A stretch of 64,000 nucleotides of DNA, from positions 1,032-65,031 of the forward strand of contig CAWCVR010000001.1 of the NCBI GenBank assembly GCA_963799105.1. The letters are read 5' to 3'. Position numbers and translations under genes: made by a program. This stretch comes from Bryobacterales bacterium. Its GTDB lineage: Bacteria; Acidobacteriota; Terriglobia; Bryobacterales; Bryobacteraceae. Positions within the stretch are counted from its first letter, which is position 1; every line of letters begins with the position of its first letter. This document shows, piece by piece, positions 8,539-19,866 of this stretch. The notes under the pieces were generated by a model. That model searched no databases. It saw only the letters and a program-made list of their open reading frames with translations, and was not told the DNA's origin.

Positions 8539-10914
8539 TTACGGGTTCGAGTAGAGGAGGATGTAGCCCGCCGTGGCTCCGGCAGGCGTTCTTCACTTTG
8601 AGCACGCCAGACCATCCGGACGGGTTGGTGGCGCCCATCAGTTCGGCGAGGCGGTAGCCATTGCCGGTGCCGCCCGCGAGGATCAACTCGCCGCCGGCGG
8701 TGACCTCCACCAGCCTGTGGTCCGCGAGGTTCGAGCCGGGACCGTAGATCCGAAGTGGCGACTCCGCGTTGTCCTTGGCAGCGATCACGGTCGCGCCGCA
8801 CGCGATTCCTGCCGCAACGGCGGCGGTCTGCGACGCCCACGTACGGGCGTAGCCAGCCTTCGGATCGTTGCCCTGCTGCAGGCATGCGCCCCACAGGTAG
8901 ATGGCGCCGCTGGTCCAGTTGTCGCCGTTCCCGGCGAACTGGCGCACGACGATCCAGAGTCCGGTCTGCCCGCCCGCCAGCGTGCCGGTGATCTTGAACC
9001 GCTGCCACGCCGTCGTGAGCGTGATGCTCGTCGGGCCCGCGAGGTATCCGGCATAGGCGTTGTCCACGATGGCGATGGACACCTGCTTCGTTCCGGACGC
9101 GACCTTGGCCCAGACGTAGAACGTGTACTGGCCTCCGGACGCCAAGCCCGCGATCTGCTGCTGGACGATAGGCGTCGCGGTTACCGCCGTGATGGTGTCC
9201 GCGGTCGCGTTGCCATCCGGTGCGGCGGTGCTGTTCGCGGTGGCCGAGCAGGAACCGCCGTTCTTGTCCCAGGTCGCGACGGTGAAGTCCTCGGAGTACT
9301 TCGCCATGTTCTCGAAGGGACCGCCCACCGTTTGGAACGCGCCGCACTCGAACGATTGGAAGTGGGAGTCCAGGTAAGCCCACTGATTGTTGGCGGCGAC
9401 ATAGCCGAATGACGCGCCGCCGGAGCCATCGCGCAGCACCAGGGTGCTGGCCGTCGCGCTGGCTGTGCCCGAGGTGCGCGCGTTATCGAGAGTGCCACTG
9501 ACGATGTCCGTTGCGGCGTGGGTGTGGGCCGTGTCCGCCTTGGCTGTGCTGCTGCCGTTCACCAAGACGCAGTCCGTGACAGTTCCGGCTGCGCCGTCCA
9601 GTTGGCCGGAGGAGTTGATTACCGCCGCCTTGGAGACGGCCCACGCGGTGCCCTTCACGGGGCGGTTCGTCAGATCGGTCGCCAAACTGGTCACGTCCGA
9701 TTCGGCGTGCGTGTGCGCCGGGAGATCGCCAGCCAGAAGGCTATCCCACGCCGGCGCAGCGGACACCGTCCCGGTCCCGGTCTGCCGCAGGAACTTCCGG
9801 CTCGCGGTGGTGTTCCCCGCCAGGCGCGCCCAGGCGGGCGTCCCGTTCGCCGCGATGAGGTCACCCAGGACCGGCGCGGCAGCCACGGTGTCCGGATGCG
9901 TCGCGGAGAGCAGGTTGTGCGTGGTGGCGCCGCTTGCAGCCGCCACCGTAACGTTCACGCGGTCGTTGCCTGCATCGTCCGCGACCGTCAACGTCACGTT
10001 CGCCCCTTCGATCAGGTTCAACGCCCGGCGCGTCCCAACCGCTGTGCCCGCCTTCTGGATCGTGAACGGCAGCGCTCCGGAAACGATGTCGGTGGCCACA
10101 TGGGTGTGGGCGGGGAGGTCGCCAGAAACCAACGCCGCGCCGCCTGTGACGCGCCCCTTGGCGTCCACGGTGACCTTCGGGTACGTCCCTGCCACCACGC
10201 CCGTCGCCGCCAACGAGGCCACCCCTGCCGCCACAGCAAGCCCGCCGACCGGGTCCACCTGGACGATGCCCTTGCTGGTGGTCGTGGCGTCCGGGTAGGA
10301 GAACGCGCCGAAGGTCTGGCCCGCCGCGAAGTCGATAATGGCGTCCATCGCCAGGTGGTTGCTGGCGTTCAAAGCCATCGCCGAGGTCGCCCGAGTTGTC
10401 AGCCTTGCGCCACTTGACCGCGCCGAGGTTGGGCAGGCGTACCAGGCCCGTGGCGGCTTTGTTCCCCGACCCGAATTCCGCGCCGTCCTGGAACGTCTTC
10501 AGGCCGGTGATGGTGACCGCGCCGTTCTTCTGGACGTAGTTGCGCGCCGCCGCCGTGCCGAGCTCGTTCTCGATGGCCAGCACCGCCGACTGGAGCGCGG
10601 TGATGAAGCCGGAGACCATGTTGGCCTTCACCGGGACGCCGCTGGCGTGCGTGGCGGCGGTCGTACCGAATGCCCCGCGCTGGCAGCCGGTGAACTGCGT
10701 GCCGGTCTTCGCAGTGTAAACGATCAACTCGTCGTCGATGGAGAGGATGCCGTAGCGTGGCGGCGAATCCGCCCGCCGTGGACTGCACGGAGATTGTGGA
10801 GTCGCCGGCGCCGATGGCCGCCGTGGCTGTGGTTTCGAGCGGCTTGGTCGAGAACGCATCGACCGGCGAGTACAGCGTGGACGGCCCGTCAATCGCAGTC
10901 GGAAAGTCAGTCAT
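8539..10914 (-). pseudogene. Phage tail fibre / receptor-binding protein with three +1 frame breaks
   Basis: The ATG at 10914 overlaps the upstream stop (ATGA). The coherent peptide is spread over 3 frames. It reads MTDFPTAIDGPSTLYSPVDAF..STAGGFAA / RYGILSIDDELIVYTAKTG..KADNSGDL / AMALNASNHLAMDAI..(repeated 'GDLPAHTH' motifs)..GVLKVKNA / AGATAGYILLYSNP* (stop 8541-8539). Breaks are at ~10760, ~10385 and ~8584. Confidence 0.7.
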
Positions 10915-13900
10915 TGCATTTTGCCTTGTTCGCTTCGAAGCGATTGAGTGCGCCGCCAGCCACCGCTCCCACTGGTACCGCGATGACAGATCTCGACCGC
11001 GCGCGCGGCCATGGGCTTGAAGTACTGCGCGCCGGTCACCTGCATCTGGCCGGCGATTTCGAGCGGGACCGGGCGGGAGTTCAGGCAGAACTGATCGAAG
11101 GCCCAGTAGCAGAACGAGTAGAGCTTCAGCGGGAGCCACATCCCGTACGCCTGCGCCATAGGCGGGTCCGGTGGGCCGTACAGACCCGCTCAGGAACATG
11201 CATTCCGACGCCGGCCTCCCGAGCGCGATGCTTGCGAACGTGATGGCCTGCTTCATCAGGCCGGAGTTCTTCTGCCACACGTCATAGTCGAATCCCTCGC
11301 ACCGGAAATACTTGATCCCGTACGAGGAGTTCTTCCATTGGTTCGGCAGGTTCACAGAGAAGTTGAGCGCCCGGAACTTCGTGCTCGGCTTGGGCGCGCC
11401 CTGGTTCGCATCGAGAGGCCACAGGCACTCGAACACGGCGGTCGGATGATACCCGCGGACGTATGTGATCACGTCCTGGCAGTAGGCCCAAATGCGGTCG
11501 CGCAGGAAGTCGGCGGATCTCGTTCTGGTGCGCCGGGTCGCCAGCGGGATCATCGGTGTTTGCCCGGAATGGCCAGATCTGGTGGCCCTTGGCGGCGGCG
11601 AAGTCGCTGATGGTGTCCTGGTCGTAGTAGGGCATCCCGCCGTTCGCGTCCTGTGCCTGATTGTCGAAGTACCACCACTGCGTCTCCCCGAACTGAAGCA
11701 CCACCGGCAGGCCCGCCGCCTCGATCTGGTCGGCGCACTCTTTGTACATCTGGCGCAGGTACGTCCGGACGCGGGTGCCAAAGTGCATCTGGTGCGAGGG
11801 GACGCCCAGGTCCACGTCCGCGCCTGGCGACACGACGCCGCCCGAGTAGGAGAGGTACTTGGCGCGCATCGCGGCAGGAGGGAGGTAGCACTCCATCGAG
11901 AAAGCGAACGACGCCATGATGCCCGCCGCCTGGAACTGGCCGGCGAGATCGCGAATCCACTTTCGCGCGCCCTCGGTCATGACGGGCGAGACGGCGTCGA
12001 TCATGTCCCAATCGCCGTCGGCGCCAGCCGTGCCAAGGTGGTCCGTGAGCGTGAGCGTCACGGAGTTCGGCGTGCCTACCGCGACGCCGGTGTACGTCCA
12101 CGAAGGCGCCTTCGATTGGATGCGGAGCGTGGTGCTCGATCCGAAGTTATCGTCGGCCCACACGCCTGAGAACATCCCGTTGATGATCGCGCGCATGTCG
12201 GAGACGATCCCCTGCAGCGTCTCGCCGTACCCGATGGCGTGGTTGATCGTGGTCCCACCAATCGAGAACGAGACCACGTCGCCCGCGACGGGCGTGCCGG
12301 AGAAATCCACCGTGGCGTATGGATAGGTGGCGTTGATGCGCCGCCGCTTGTTGTTCCAGAAGACGCCCATGTACACATCGGCGTGGCCCTTGAAGCCGAG
12401 CTTCTGGAGTTGCCAGAGGTGCCATGCCGGAGGCTTCTTGTAGCCGTGGTCGGTGTCAAAATCCATGGCGAGGGACACGTCGGTATAGATCTGCGGGGCG
12501 TCCGGAACGTCCTGTGGCTCCAACGGCCAGAGGTAATCGAAGTAGAAGTAGTACCCGCTGCTGGCGGCGTTCTTGCTGAACAGGGCGGTGATCTCGACGG
12601 TGTGGTTGCCCGCCGCCACGCCGCCCCGCACTTTCAGATTCGCCGTTGTGCCGCCGTACTCGTTCAAATACAGATCGTGGGTGGTCGCCACGCCATCGAC
12701 GGACACGCTGACCTTGCCGCAATCGGTGTTGAGAAAGGTCCCAAGGTAAAGATCGTGCTGGCGCGGGTACGAGTAGCGGAGCGTGACCTTGCGAACGTCG
12801 AGCGAGTTCGAGGCCGCGGTGCGCTTCGCGTGTCCCTTGCTCCACCACTGCGACGGCCACCCCACCGCGCCGTACTTGTAGTCCTCCCAGAAGCCGGTGT
12901 ATTTGCATCGCGCGTCCCCTTCCTCGATCCGGTCCGACCCGCCGCCCACCTTCAGGCTGCCGTCACCGCTCACCGCGATATTGGAGATCGTGCATCCCCA
13001 CTCGACGTTGCCGGCGAAGCCGGAGACAGGAGAGAGCTTCTTCAGGCGCACGCCAGCCGACCACGTGCCGGGCGTAGAGGCTTCGAAACCGCGCGCCACG
13101 GTGATCTGGGTTCCCGAGACGACGGACAGCAGTTGGATGCGCTCCTCGCTGGTCGGCGTGCCAATGAAGTACCGGCCACCGGTCAACTTCGTCGCGTCGT
13201 CCACCGTCCACGTCGCATCGGAGGAGCCCACGCCCGCCGTGAGGAAGCAGCCGTCCTGGAGGTCCTGCTCGACGTTCTCGAATCGCGGCGCGAAGACCAT
13301 GTACATCTTGCGGCAGTCGCTCATCGGAACGGACCGCGCCATTCTTGTCCAGCAAGGTCTGCGTGAAGTCGAGCGTAACGTGGTACTTCGTGTTGTTGTC
13401 ACCGTTCGCGAACATGAAACTCGAACCGCTGCCCGCCGTCCACTGGAATCCCTGCCCGCTGCTGACCGGGACGCCGGCCAGCGTGCGGCCATGAGCGACG
13501 AAGACGCGATCCAGATTCCCGAGTTTCCCGTACCGCGCTGTCGGCCCGGTGCCCAGCACGAAGGTAAGAGTAATGCCGCCGGTGCTCGGGCCACTGGCCC
13601 AAGCCTGCGCGTGAATCACGCCGCTCTGGTCCGGACCAAATCTGCCGGCAACGGAAGCGCCCACCGTGTTGATGATGTCCGCGAGCTTCTTGGCGACATG
13701 CCATGCCTTCGTCTTCCGTGTCACGAAGGAGCCACTCGGATGGCCCATCGATACGCTCGCGTGGAGCGCGCCCGCGCCCACTCCTATTACGGTGGTCTGT
13801 TCCTCGTTGCGGCCGGTGCGCTCGATCCAGATGCCATCGCCTGTGTCGAACCCCGCAGAACTCTGCACCGGCAGGGTGATATCACCAGCGTTCACATTGG

Positions 13901-14436
13901 CTCTCAGTTGGGTTTCGACCCGGCAGTCCGAACTGGTCACCGTGTACCGGGTATCGCGGAAGTAGAGGTGGAGCCAGTCGATTCCGCCATCCATGTTCTC
14001 TTCGCCGTTGATATCGACGAGGACGGTGGCAGCGGTCTCGCTGCCAGAGAAAGCGGTCGCGTGGTCGAGCAGACGCACTTCGTGGGTGTCGCCGGCGCCG
14101 GTAACGAACGTCATGGCGTCCCAGGAGACGGACGGATACTTCGCCGCATCGAACCGCATCGCGCCGTCGAGAGCCTGATCGTATTCGATATCGAATTCCA
14201 GTTTCAGGCCGGAGAGATCGGTCTTCGGCAAGTGCTTCAGGCGCAGGTGGTTGAAGTAATCGTAAGCGTTCCACCAGCCCAGCACCGCGAAGTCCTCCGC
14301 AGCCTGGAAGATGCCGGAGATCGAGACACCGGTCTGCGGTGGCATCGTGGAGAGTGGTCGTCGCGCCGCGGCCAGTGAATCCCTGCAACTGGAAGTTGCG
14401 GCGGGGGTCGAAAATCTGGAGTGGTTCAGTCGACAT
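10911..14436 (-). pseudogene. Large (~1,175-codon) phage tail/host-interaction structural protein with four +1 frame breaks. The C-terminal half may be glycan-hydrolase-like (uncertain).
   Basis: ATG is at 14436 (MSTEPLQIFDPRRNFQLQGF..). A continuous sensible peptide is obtained only by joining four more track ORF frames (12963-14444, 11282-13594, 10399-11781, 10911-11159). Joins fall at ~14350, ~13330, ~11515 and ~11190. It ends with a TGA that overlaps the tail-fibre ATG. Confidence 0.6.
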
Positions 14437-14517
14437 GGAGCCAATCGCTACGTCAGGACCTGGTGCAGAGGGAGAAACCCAACGTCTGCGCATTCTGATA
14501 CCATCGGCGAAGATCCA

Positions 14518-15222
14518 ATGGACGAACGATTACGCCTGCTCGTTGAACTCGAGCATAGTCTGAAGACCCCCCTACTTGCCGCGATTCGAACAGCGGACAT
14601 GGCCATTGATCGCGGACAGCCGACTACTGAAGATCTCGTTGTCATTCGCGCCTTCTGTACGAGGATGTATGCGCAACTCTCGACAGCCCGAATCTTTGCC
14701 CGAATTGCCTCCGGTGAGCAAGTAAGCGTTGATGTCGTTCCGGTGTCTCTGTCTCAGGTTTTGAGAATGCTTCATATCACGGCGCGGGACGCTGAAGCGT
14801 TGGAGAGGCGGGACAACCGCAACAGGATCGAGGTGGAAACGGATGCACCTCAGGATATCTCGGTCGATGTTGACATCAGTCTGTTCGAGGTCGCAATCAG
14901 GAATGTCCTCGACAATGCGATCAAGTACAGCTACCATGGCACGCCAATCCGGATTACAGTAGCCGGTCGTGCCGGACTGGAGATTGCTGTTGCCAACAAG
15001 GGACTACGCCTTCAACCCGCTGAGGTTCAGCAAGTGTTCGAACGGGGCTGGCGATCTCGCTCCGCTATGTCTGTGCGTGGAGAAGGGTCCGGGATTGGCC
15101 TGTGGATTGTCCAGCAGGCAATGAAGGCGCTCGATGGAAGCGTGTCGATAGACGTTGCCGATGATTTAACTACAGTCAAACTCTGTCTACCGTACTCAAA
15201 ACATGCGACTACTGATCGTTGA
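14518..15222 (+). CDS. Minimal histidine kinase (DHp + catalytic ATPase core only, no sensor or TM domain)
   Basis: ATG is at 14518 (MDERLRLLVELEHSLKTPLL..). The H-box His is at residue 13, the N-box is 'VLDNAIKYS' and the G-box is 'GEGSGIGLW'. The ORF upstream of 14518 is antisense to the phage gene. The gene overlaps the next gene by 20 nt. Confidence 0.85.
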   Translation: MDERLRLLVELEHSLKTPLLAAIRTADMAIDRGQPTTEDLVVIRAFCTRMYAQLSTARIFARIASGEQVSVDVVPVSLSQVLRMLHITARDAEALERRDNRNRIEVETDAPQDISVDVDISLFEVAIRNVLDNAIKYSYHGTPIRITVAGRAGLEIAVANKGLRLQPAEVQQVFERGWRSRSAMSVRGEGSGIGLWIVQQAMKALDGSVSIDVADDLTTVKLCLPYSKHATTDR

Positions 15223-16105
15223 AGACGAAGATACTGAAGCTCAATACCTGCGGACTGAGCTATCAAAGGCGTTTCCCGGCCTCGAAGTATTGACGATATC
15301 GACTGAGAGCAGTTTTCGTCTGGAGCTACCCAAGATTGCGGCGGCCCCTCCAGACGTCATTATCCTGGACATGCTTCTGCGCTGGTCAGACTCTTCGGAC
15401 GAGACTGCGGAACATGATTTCTTGCGGGCAGGTCTTCGATGCCAAGAACTGCTGGCGTCCGATCCTCGCACTCGGTCAACGCCGATAGTGTTCTATAGCG
15501 TGGTCCCACGCGCCGATATTGCAGGGCTGCAACTCCCAAGTAATGTGTTTTACTGTCAAAAGACTGCCGAGCCTTTCGACGTTATCCGGAACGTGCGCAG
15601 CCTCCTCGCTGCTCAGGGAAAGCGGCCAGTGACCGACGCTGTGCAAACACCGCGAGATGGCGTGTTCATCAGCTACAGCCACAAGGATAAGCGCTGGCTG
15701 GACGAGCTCCTCGTGACGCTCACACCTTATGACAAGGGCGGTCGTCTGTGCCTCTGGTCGGACAGAATGCTCAAACCCGGCGAGGATTGGCGACAGTCGA
15801 TCACACAGAACTTAACCCGGGCGAAAGTCGCGGTGCTGCTGGTCAGCAGGTACTTCCTTGATTCCAAGTTCATACAAGAGAATGAACTCCCTCCTCTTCT
15901 TGACGCGGCTAAACACCACGGTCTACGTGTCTTCTGGATACCAGTGAGCGCTAGCGGCTATCACAAAACCCAAATTGCCGGATACCAAGCGGCATCGGAC
16001 CCCACGAGGCCCCTTGATTCGCTCGGTCGCGCAGACCGCGGCAGGGAACTTGTTCGTATTGCGGACTTGTTGGAGGAAGCCATCAGTAATCAACGGAGCC
16101 TTTGA
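15203..16105 (+). CDS. Response-regulator receiver domain fused to a TIR domain
   Basis: 300 aa. The receiver has 'LLIVEDED', acceptor Asp56 in 'DVIILDMLL' and 'IVFYSVV'. The TIR has 'VFISYSHKDKRWLDELL' and 'VAVLLVSRYFLDSKFIQENEL' (candidate catalytic Glu). The frame is intact, and the gene is more A/T-rich than the flanking phage DNA. Confidence 0.85.
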   Translation: MRLLIVEDEDTEAQYLRTELSKAFPGLEVLTISTESSFRLELPKIAAAPPDVIILDMLLRWSDSSDETAEHDFLRAGLRCQELLASDPRTRSTPIVFYSVVPRADIAGLQLPSNVFYCQKTAEPFDVIRNVRSLLAAQGKRPVTDAVQTPRDGVFISYSHKDKRWLDELLVTLTPYDKGGRLCLWSDRMLKPGEDWRQSITQNLTRAKVAVLLVSRYFLDSKFIQENELPPLLDAAKHHGLRVFWIPVSASGYHKTQIAGYQAASDPTRPLDSLGRADRGRELVRIADLLEEAISNQRSL

Positions 16106-16114
16106 TTTTCGACG

Positions 16115-18813
16115 TTACGTCTGGATCACCACCGTCAGATCGGAGCCAGGATCGGGCGTGGCAACCGCCTTGATATCGAACGCCAAGTCGTTTCCTTCGA
16201 TCAGCACGGCGGTGGGCCAGATCGAAGGCCGGATGGTCGATCCCGCCGGATGGTTTTGGGCCACGATGGCGGTGAAGGTCTGGTTCGCCGCATCCACCGA
16301 GATCACGTTCACATGCTCCTCGTTGGCCTGGCCGAACTCCAGGAACACGAAGTCGCCGGGTGCCAGGCCACTGGTCGATCCGTCATAGGATGCCGTCGCC
16401 ACCGCTTGCGCAACGCCGCTGCCGGTGATCGGGGCGGTGGTGATCAGCCCGTAGTCGTCATATGGCAGGCGGCGCGTCTCCGGCTTACCGTAGCCTTGGG
16501 AGACGAGGAAGTCCCAAGTGTTCTTGAACGGCGTCCCGAGGTTCTGCGCGATGCCCATCTTCTCCAGCACGTTCCACGTCGCGCCGCCGTCGGTCGAGTA
16601 CTTCACGACGAAGGCCGACTGGCCATCGCTGGTCCCTTGCTGGAGGTACGCATAGACGCACCGGATCGAAGCGGCGTTCTGAACCTTCATCGGGATCGCG
16701 ACGTTGTCCTGGACCGCGAGCGCGCCGGGAATTTGGAATGTGTAAGCGCCGCCGGAGCAGGTGCGGTCGCCCGGCATGAAAGGCTCGTTGTGGTGCGAGA
16801 GCGGAAACGTCGTGAACGGCCCATACCCGAAGTGGTTCGCCACACCCACAACCGCCGCGACCACGCACGCCGAGGGAAGCGTCGCCTCGATGCGCGGCGG
16901 GCAATCCGGGGGTCCGGAAGAAGCCCTTTTTCACGGAGTATGTGAAGATCTTATAGTCGAGCCTGAAGAATCGGATGCCCTTCGCGTGCGGGCACCGTAG
17001 CGTCTCGAACGACGCCCAATCTTCCGGCTCTCCGGCCCAGTATCTCTGGAACTGGAAATTCCCGGTCGGGACCACATCGCCGGTATTACCGGGACCGACA
17101 ATCTGGGCGCACTCGTATGATCGCCGGTAACCGACGTTCGGGTCGCGCGATTCGTCGTTGAAGATCACGAAGTCGCCCACCTGGAATGACCGGGAGGTGC
17201 TGGGGTTCACGGTGCATGTCACCGTCACCGGATCGGTGTCTTTGTCGATGGCGGAGTCGAGGCTGGCCCACAGGTCGGTCGCAAGCTCGTCGATGTAGTA
17301 CAGAGACATCGCAACCTCGTTCGCGCCCACGATATTCGCGTTGCCGGAGGCGTCCGGAAGCACCTCCATCTGATCGAGGGCGAAAGTGCCGTAGTCGGAG
17401 AGCTTCGGCGTCCCAGTCTACGATGCCGGGAACTCCGTTGTCTTGCAGGTTCTCGTCCGGCACCGGCGCGGCGGCAACGTCGGCGGGCTTCGGGCCGGCG
17501 ACCAGATCGTACATGGAGTCCGTGGTCGTGCGGCCCTGGATGTCGATGGAGTAATCCTTGTTGAGCTTCCAAGACGAGACGCGAAACTCGCCCGAGCCGC
17601 CCGGCATATCCGGATGCGTCATCGAGCAGACCATCCCCGGCTCGGTGTTGAGCGCCAGGACCGTGGTGCGGAAGACCAACTGGCGCGCTGCCTTCCACTC
17701 CGCGATGCTGGTGCCGCCCAACTCCTCGCGCAGCCGGATGCTGATAATCCGCGCCGCCTGCGACTTCGTGCAGGTGCCGGATAAATTGACGTTGGATTTC
17801 AGGAACAGCGGACCCGCTGCACCGCCCAGTAGCGTGGCGCGGTCGATATCGTAAACCGTGACTGAGTTGTTGACGAACTTGTAATCCTGGTCCGCGAAGT
17901 TGGCGGTGAGGTGGTCGAACGAGGGCTTCAGCGGAGCCAGTTGGAGGGAATTGAAGACGATGTTCCCGACGGTAAAGGCCTCCACGGTCGAGGAGTTCTC
18001 CCGCACGCCGATCTTGAGCTTGCCGAACGAGAACGTGTAGTAGCCCAGGCAGTTCATCAGCACTTCCTGGAGCCAGTCACGGAGGGGCTTCGCCGCTTCG
18101 CCGAACTTCACCAGCCAATCGGAGTTGTCCTTCAGGAAGCCCACAAGATCGCGCAGATGGCCGACCCACGACCGCAGATACCCCTGGAACTGCTCGCCCA
18201 CCGCCTCCTTCAGTTCATTCACTTCGCGGGCGAGTGCGGCGGACTGCTCCTCCGCGCTGCCAGTCGCAGCGGCGTGGGCACCTTGAATCTTGGCGGCCTC
18301 GCGCATGACCGCGTTGTACCGGAGTTGCAGAACCTCATTCTCGCCGAGGGTCACTTCCTGCCTGCCAAACGGCATGTCGAGCAACCGCGCGAATCCGCGC
18401 CGGTACTCGAACACGTCCTTGGCTGAGGGCATCTTCAGCAGGTGGACGGTCGTCGCGCCCAGGACCCGGAGAGTGACCTTGAAGGAGTCGCCGTCCGGAA
18501 CTACATCGTCCACTTCCGCCAGGCTCAACTGCTCGACGACCTTCATAGCCTCGAAGGCATCGATCTCCGGGGCGTCGCCGTCGGTGGGCTTCGCTTGGAT
18601 GAGGGCTACCAGCGCGGCATCCACATCCTCTCCATTGGCCACGGTGGTCTCGGAGATGCCGCGCCCCAACTGCTTCACCAGCACCTTGCGGCGTCGCTGG
18701 CGTCCGATCCATTCGTCATCGGAGGGGAAGCGGACGCGCACGGCTTTCACGCCGCCCGGCGTCCGCAGGTTGATCGTAATCGGCCTGCTTGCGTCAAATA
18801 CTGGGGTTTCCAT
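16115..18813 (-). pseudogene. Composite tail gene: tail-assembly-chaperone-like N-terminus joined to a lambda-J/Phage-tail_3-like tip protein, with two +1 frame breaks
   Basis: The peptide METPVFDASRPITINLRTPGG.. (~150 aa) runs directly into ..AEEQSAALAREVNELK.. and ..LTANFADQDYKFVNNSVTVYD..PGMVCSMTHPDMPGG... Frame joins are at ~17410 (..GIVDWD / TPKLSDYGTFALDQMEVLPD..) and at ~16910 in a GGGGG run (..KKGFFRTP / DCPPRIEATLPSACVVAAVV..). The stop is at 16115. Confidence 0.55.
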
Positions 18814-18825
18814 TTTCGGTCCTTT

Positions 18826-19866
18826 CTACTGGCAGATGGCGTCCACATTGCATTTCGCGACCGCCGTGATGATGCCGTTGGTCGCGTCGTAGATCGGCGT
18901 CGCCTCCACCGCGACGGTAACGATCTGGTCCGTCTCGCCCACTTCCGCCGTGGCGAACGCCACCTTCTGCCACGTGATATCGAGCGAATTGTTGGCGTCG
19001 AACTGGAGATGGATCACCGCCGTGCCGGTGGTCTGCGCCTTGAGCAGAGTCAACTCCGTAGAGCTGTGATCGAAGCGGGCTACGAACTTGAGCGCGCCCG
19101 CCCGGTTACCGAATTCCAGCCTGCCGCGAATCGCGCCGGTGGTCGCGTCGCCCGACGTCTGGAAGCCGGAGCCAGGATAGAAGCCCGCGTCCATGCGGAT
19201 GTTGTTTTTCCACGACGTTTCGAGCGAGACGATGTTCTTGTTTGTGACGTAATCCACGCCGTTGATGGTGAGCGTCAGGGACGCCGACGGCAGAAGCTTC
19301 TCCACCGTCGCGGCCGGCATGGTGATAGCGGAAGGCTCCGTGAGTTTCCCGCAGCCCTGGAACTCGACGCTGATCTTGCTGTTCGCGCGGCCCGGCCCGG
19401 AGCCAATCGAAATCGTCCATCCCTCGACGGCGCAGCCGGTCAAGAGCCGGTCGATGACCGAACTGGCGCCCGGACGGATCTGCTCGACGAACGAAAAGTA
19501 CGGCAATTCCGTCGCGTCGCCGTTCGCCGGGATCAGGGGAGTGCAGGTGTAGACCCAGTTGGGCGTCGTGCCCGACTTCACTACCTTGCCCAAGCCGAAG
19601 CACATGGCCCATGCCGCCATCTCCGCGCTCAGGTACTTTTCCAGCGTGCCGCCCGTGTCCCACGAAGTCTTGAACGTGGTCGTCGCAAACTCGTGGCCTT
19701 TGCCGTACTCCTCGGCGTCGTTCTCCGTGTTGAGTTTCGGGTTGGCGAGTTGGGCGTTGAGCTTCTTCAACCGCCACATCGCCGCCACCAGATTGGCGGT
19801 CGCGATGTCGGTCTGCTTGCCGGAGCCGAAGCAGATTTGTACTTCTTGCAGTCTAGTCGTTGACAT
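18826..19866 (-). CDS. Major tail (tube) protein candidate
   Basis: Intact 346-aa ORF with a GGAGG ribosome-binding site. It sits between the connector genes and the chaperone-like gene. The call rests on position and size only. Confidence 0.55.
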   Translation of the reverse strand: MSTTRLQEVQICFGSGKQTDIATANLVAAMWRLKKLNAQLANPKLNTENDAEEYGKGHEFATTTFKTSWDTGGTLEKYLSAEMAAWAMCFGLGKVVKSGTTPNWVYTCTPLIPANGDATELPYFSFVEQIRPGASSVIDRLLTGCAVEGWTISIGSGPGRANSKISVEFQGCGKLTEPSAITMPAATVEKLLPSASLTLTINGVDYVTNKNIVSLETSWKNNIRMDAGFYPGSGFQTSGDATTGAIRGRLEFGNRAGALKFVARFDHSSTELTLLKAQTTGTAVIHLQFDANNSLDITWQKVAFATAEVGETDQIVTVAVEATPIYDATNGIITAVAKCNVDAICQ

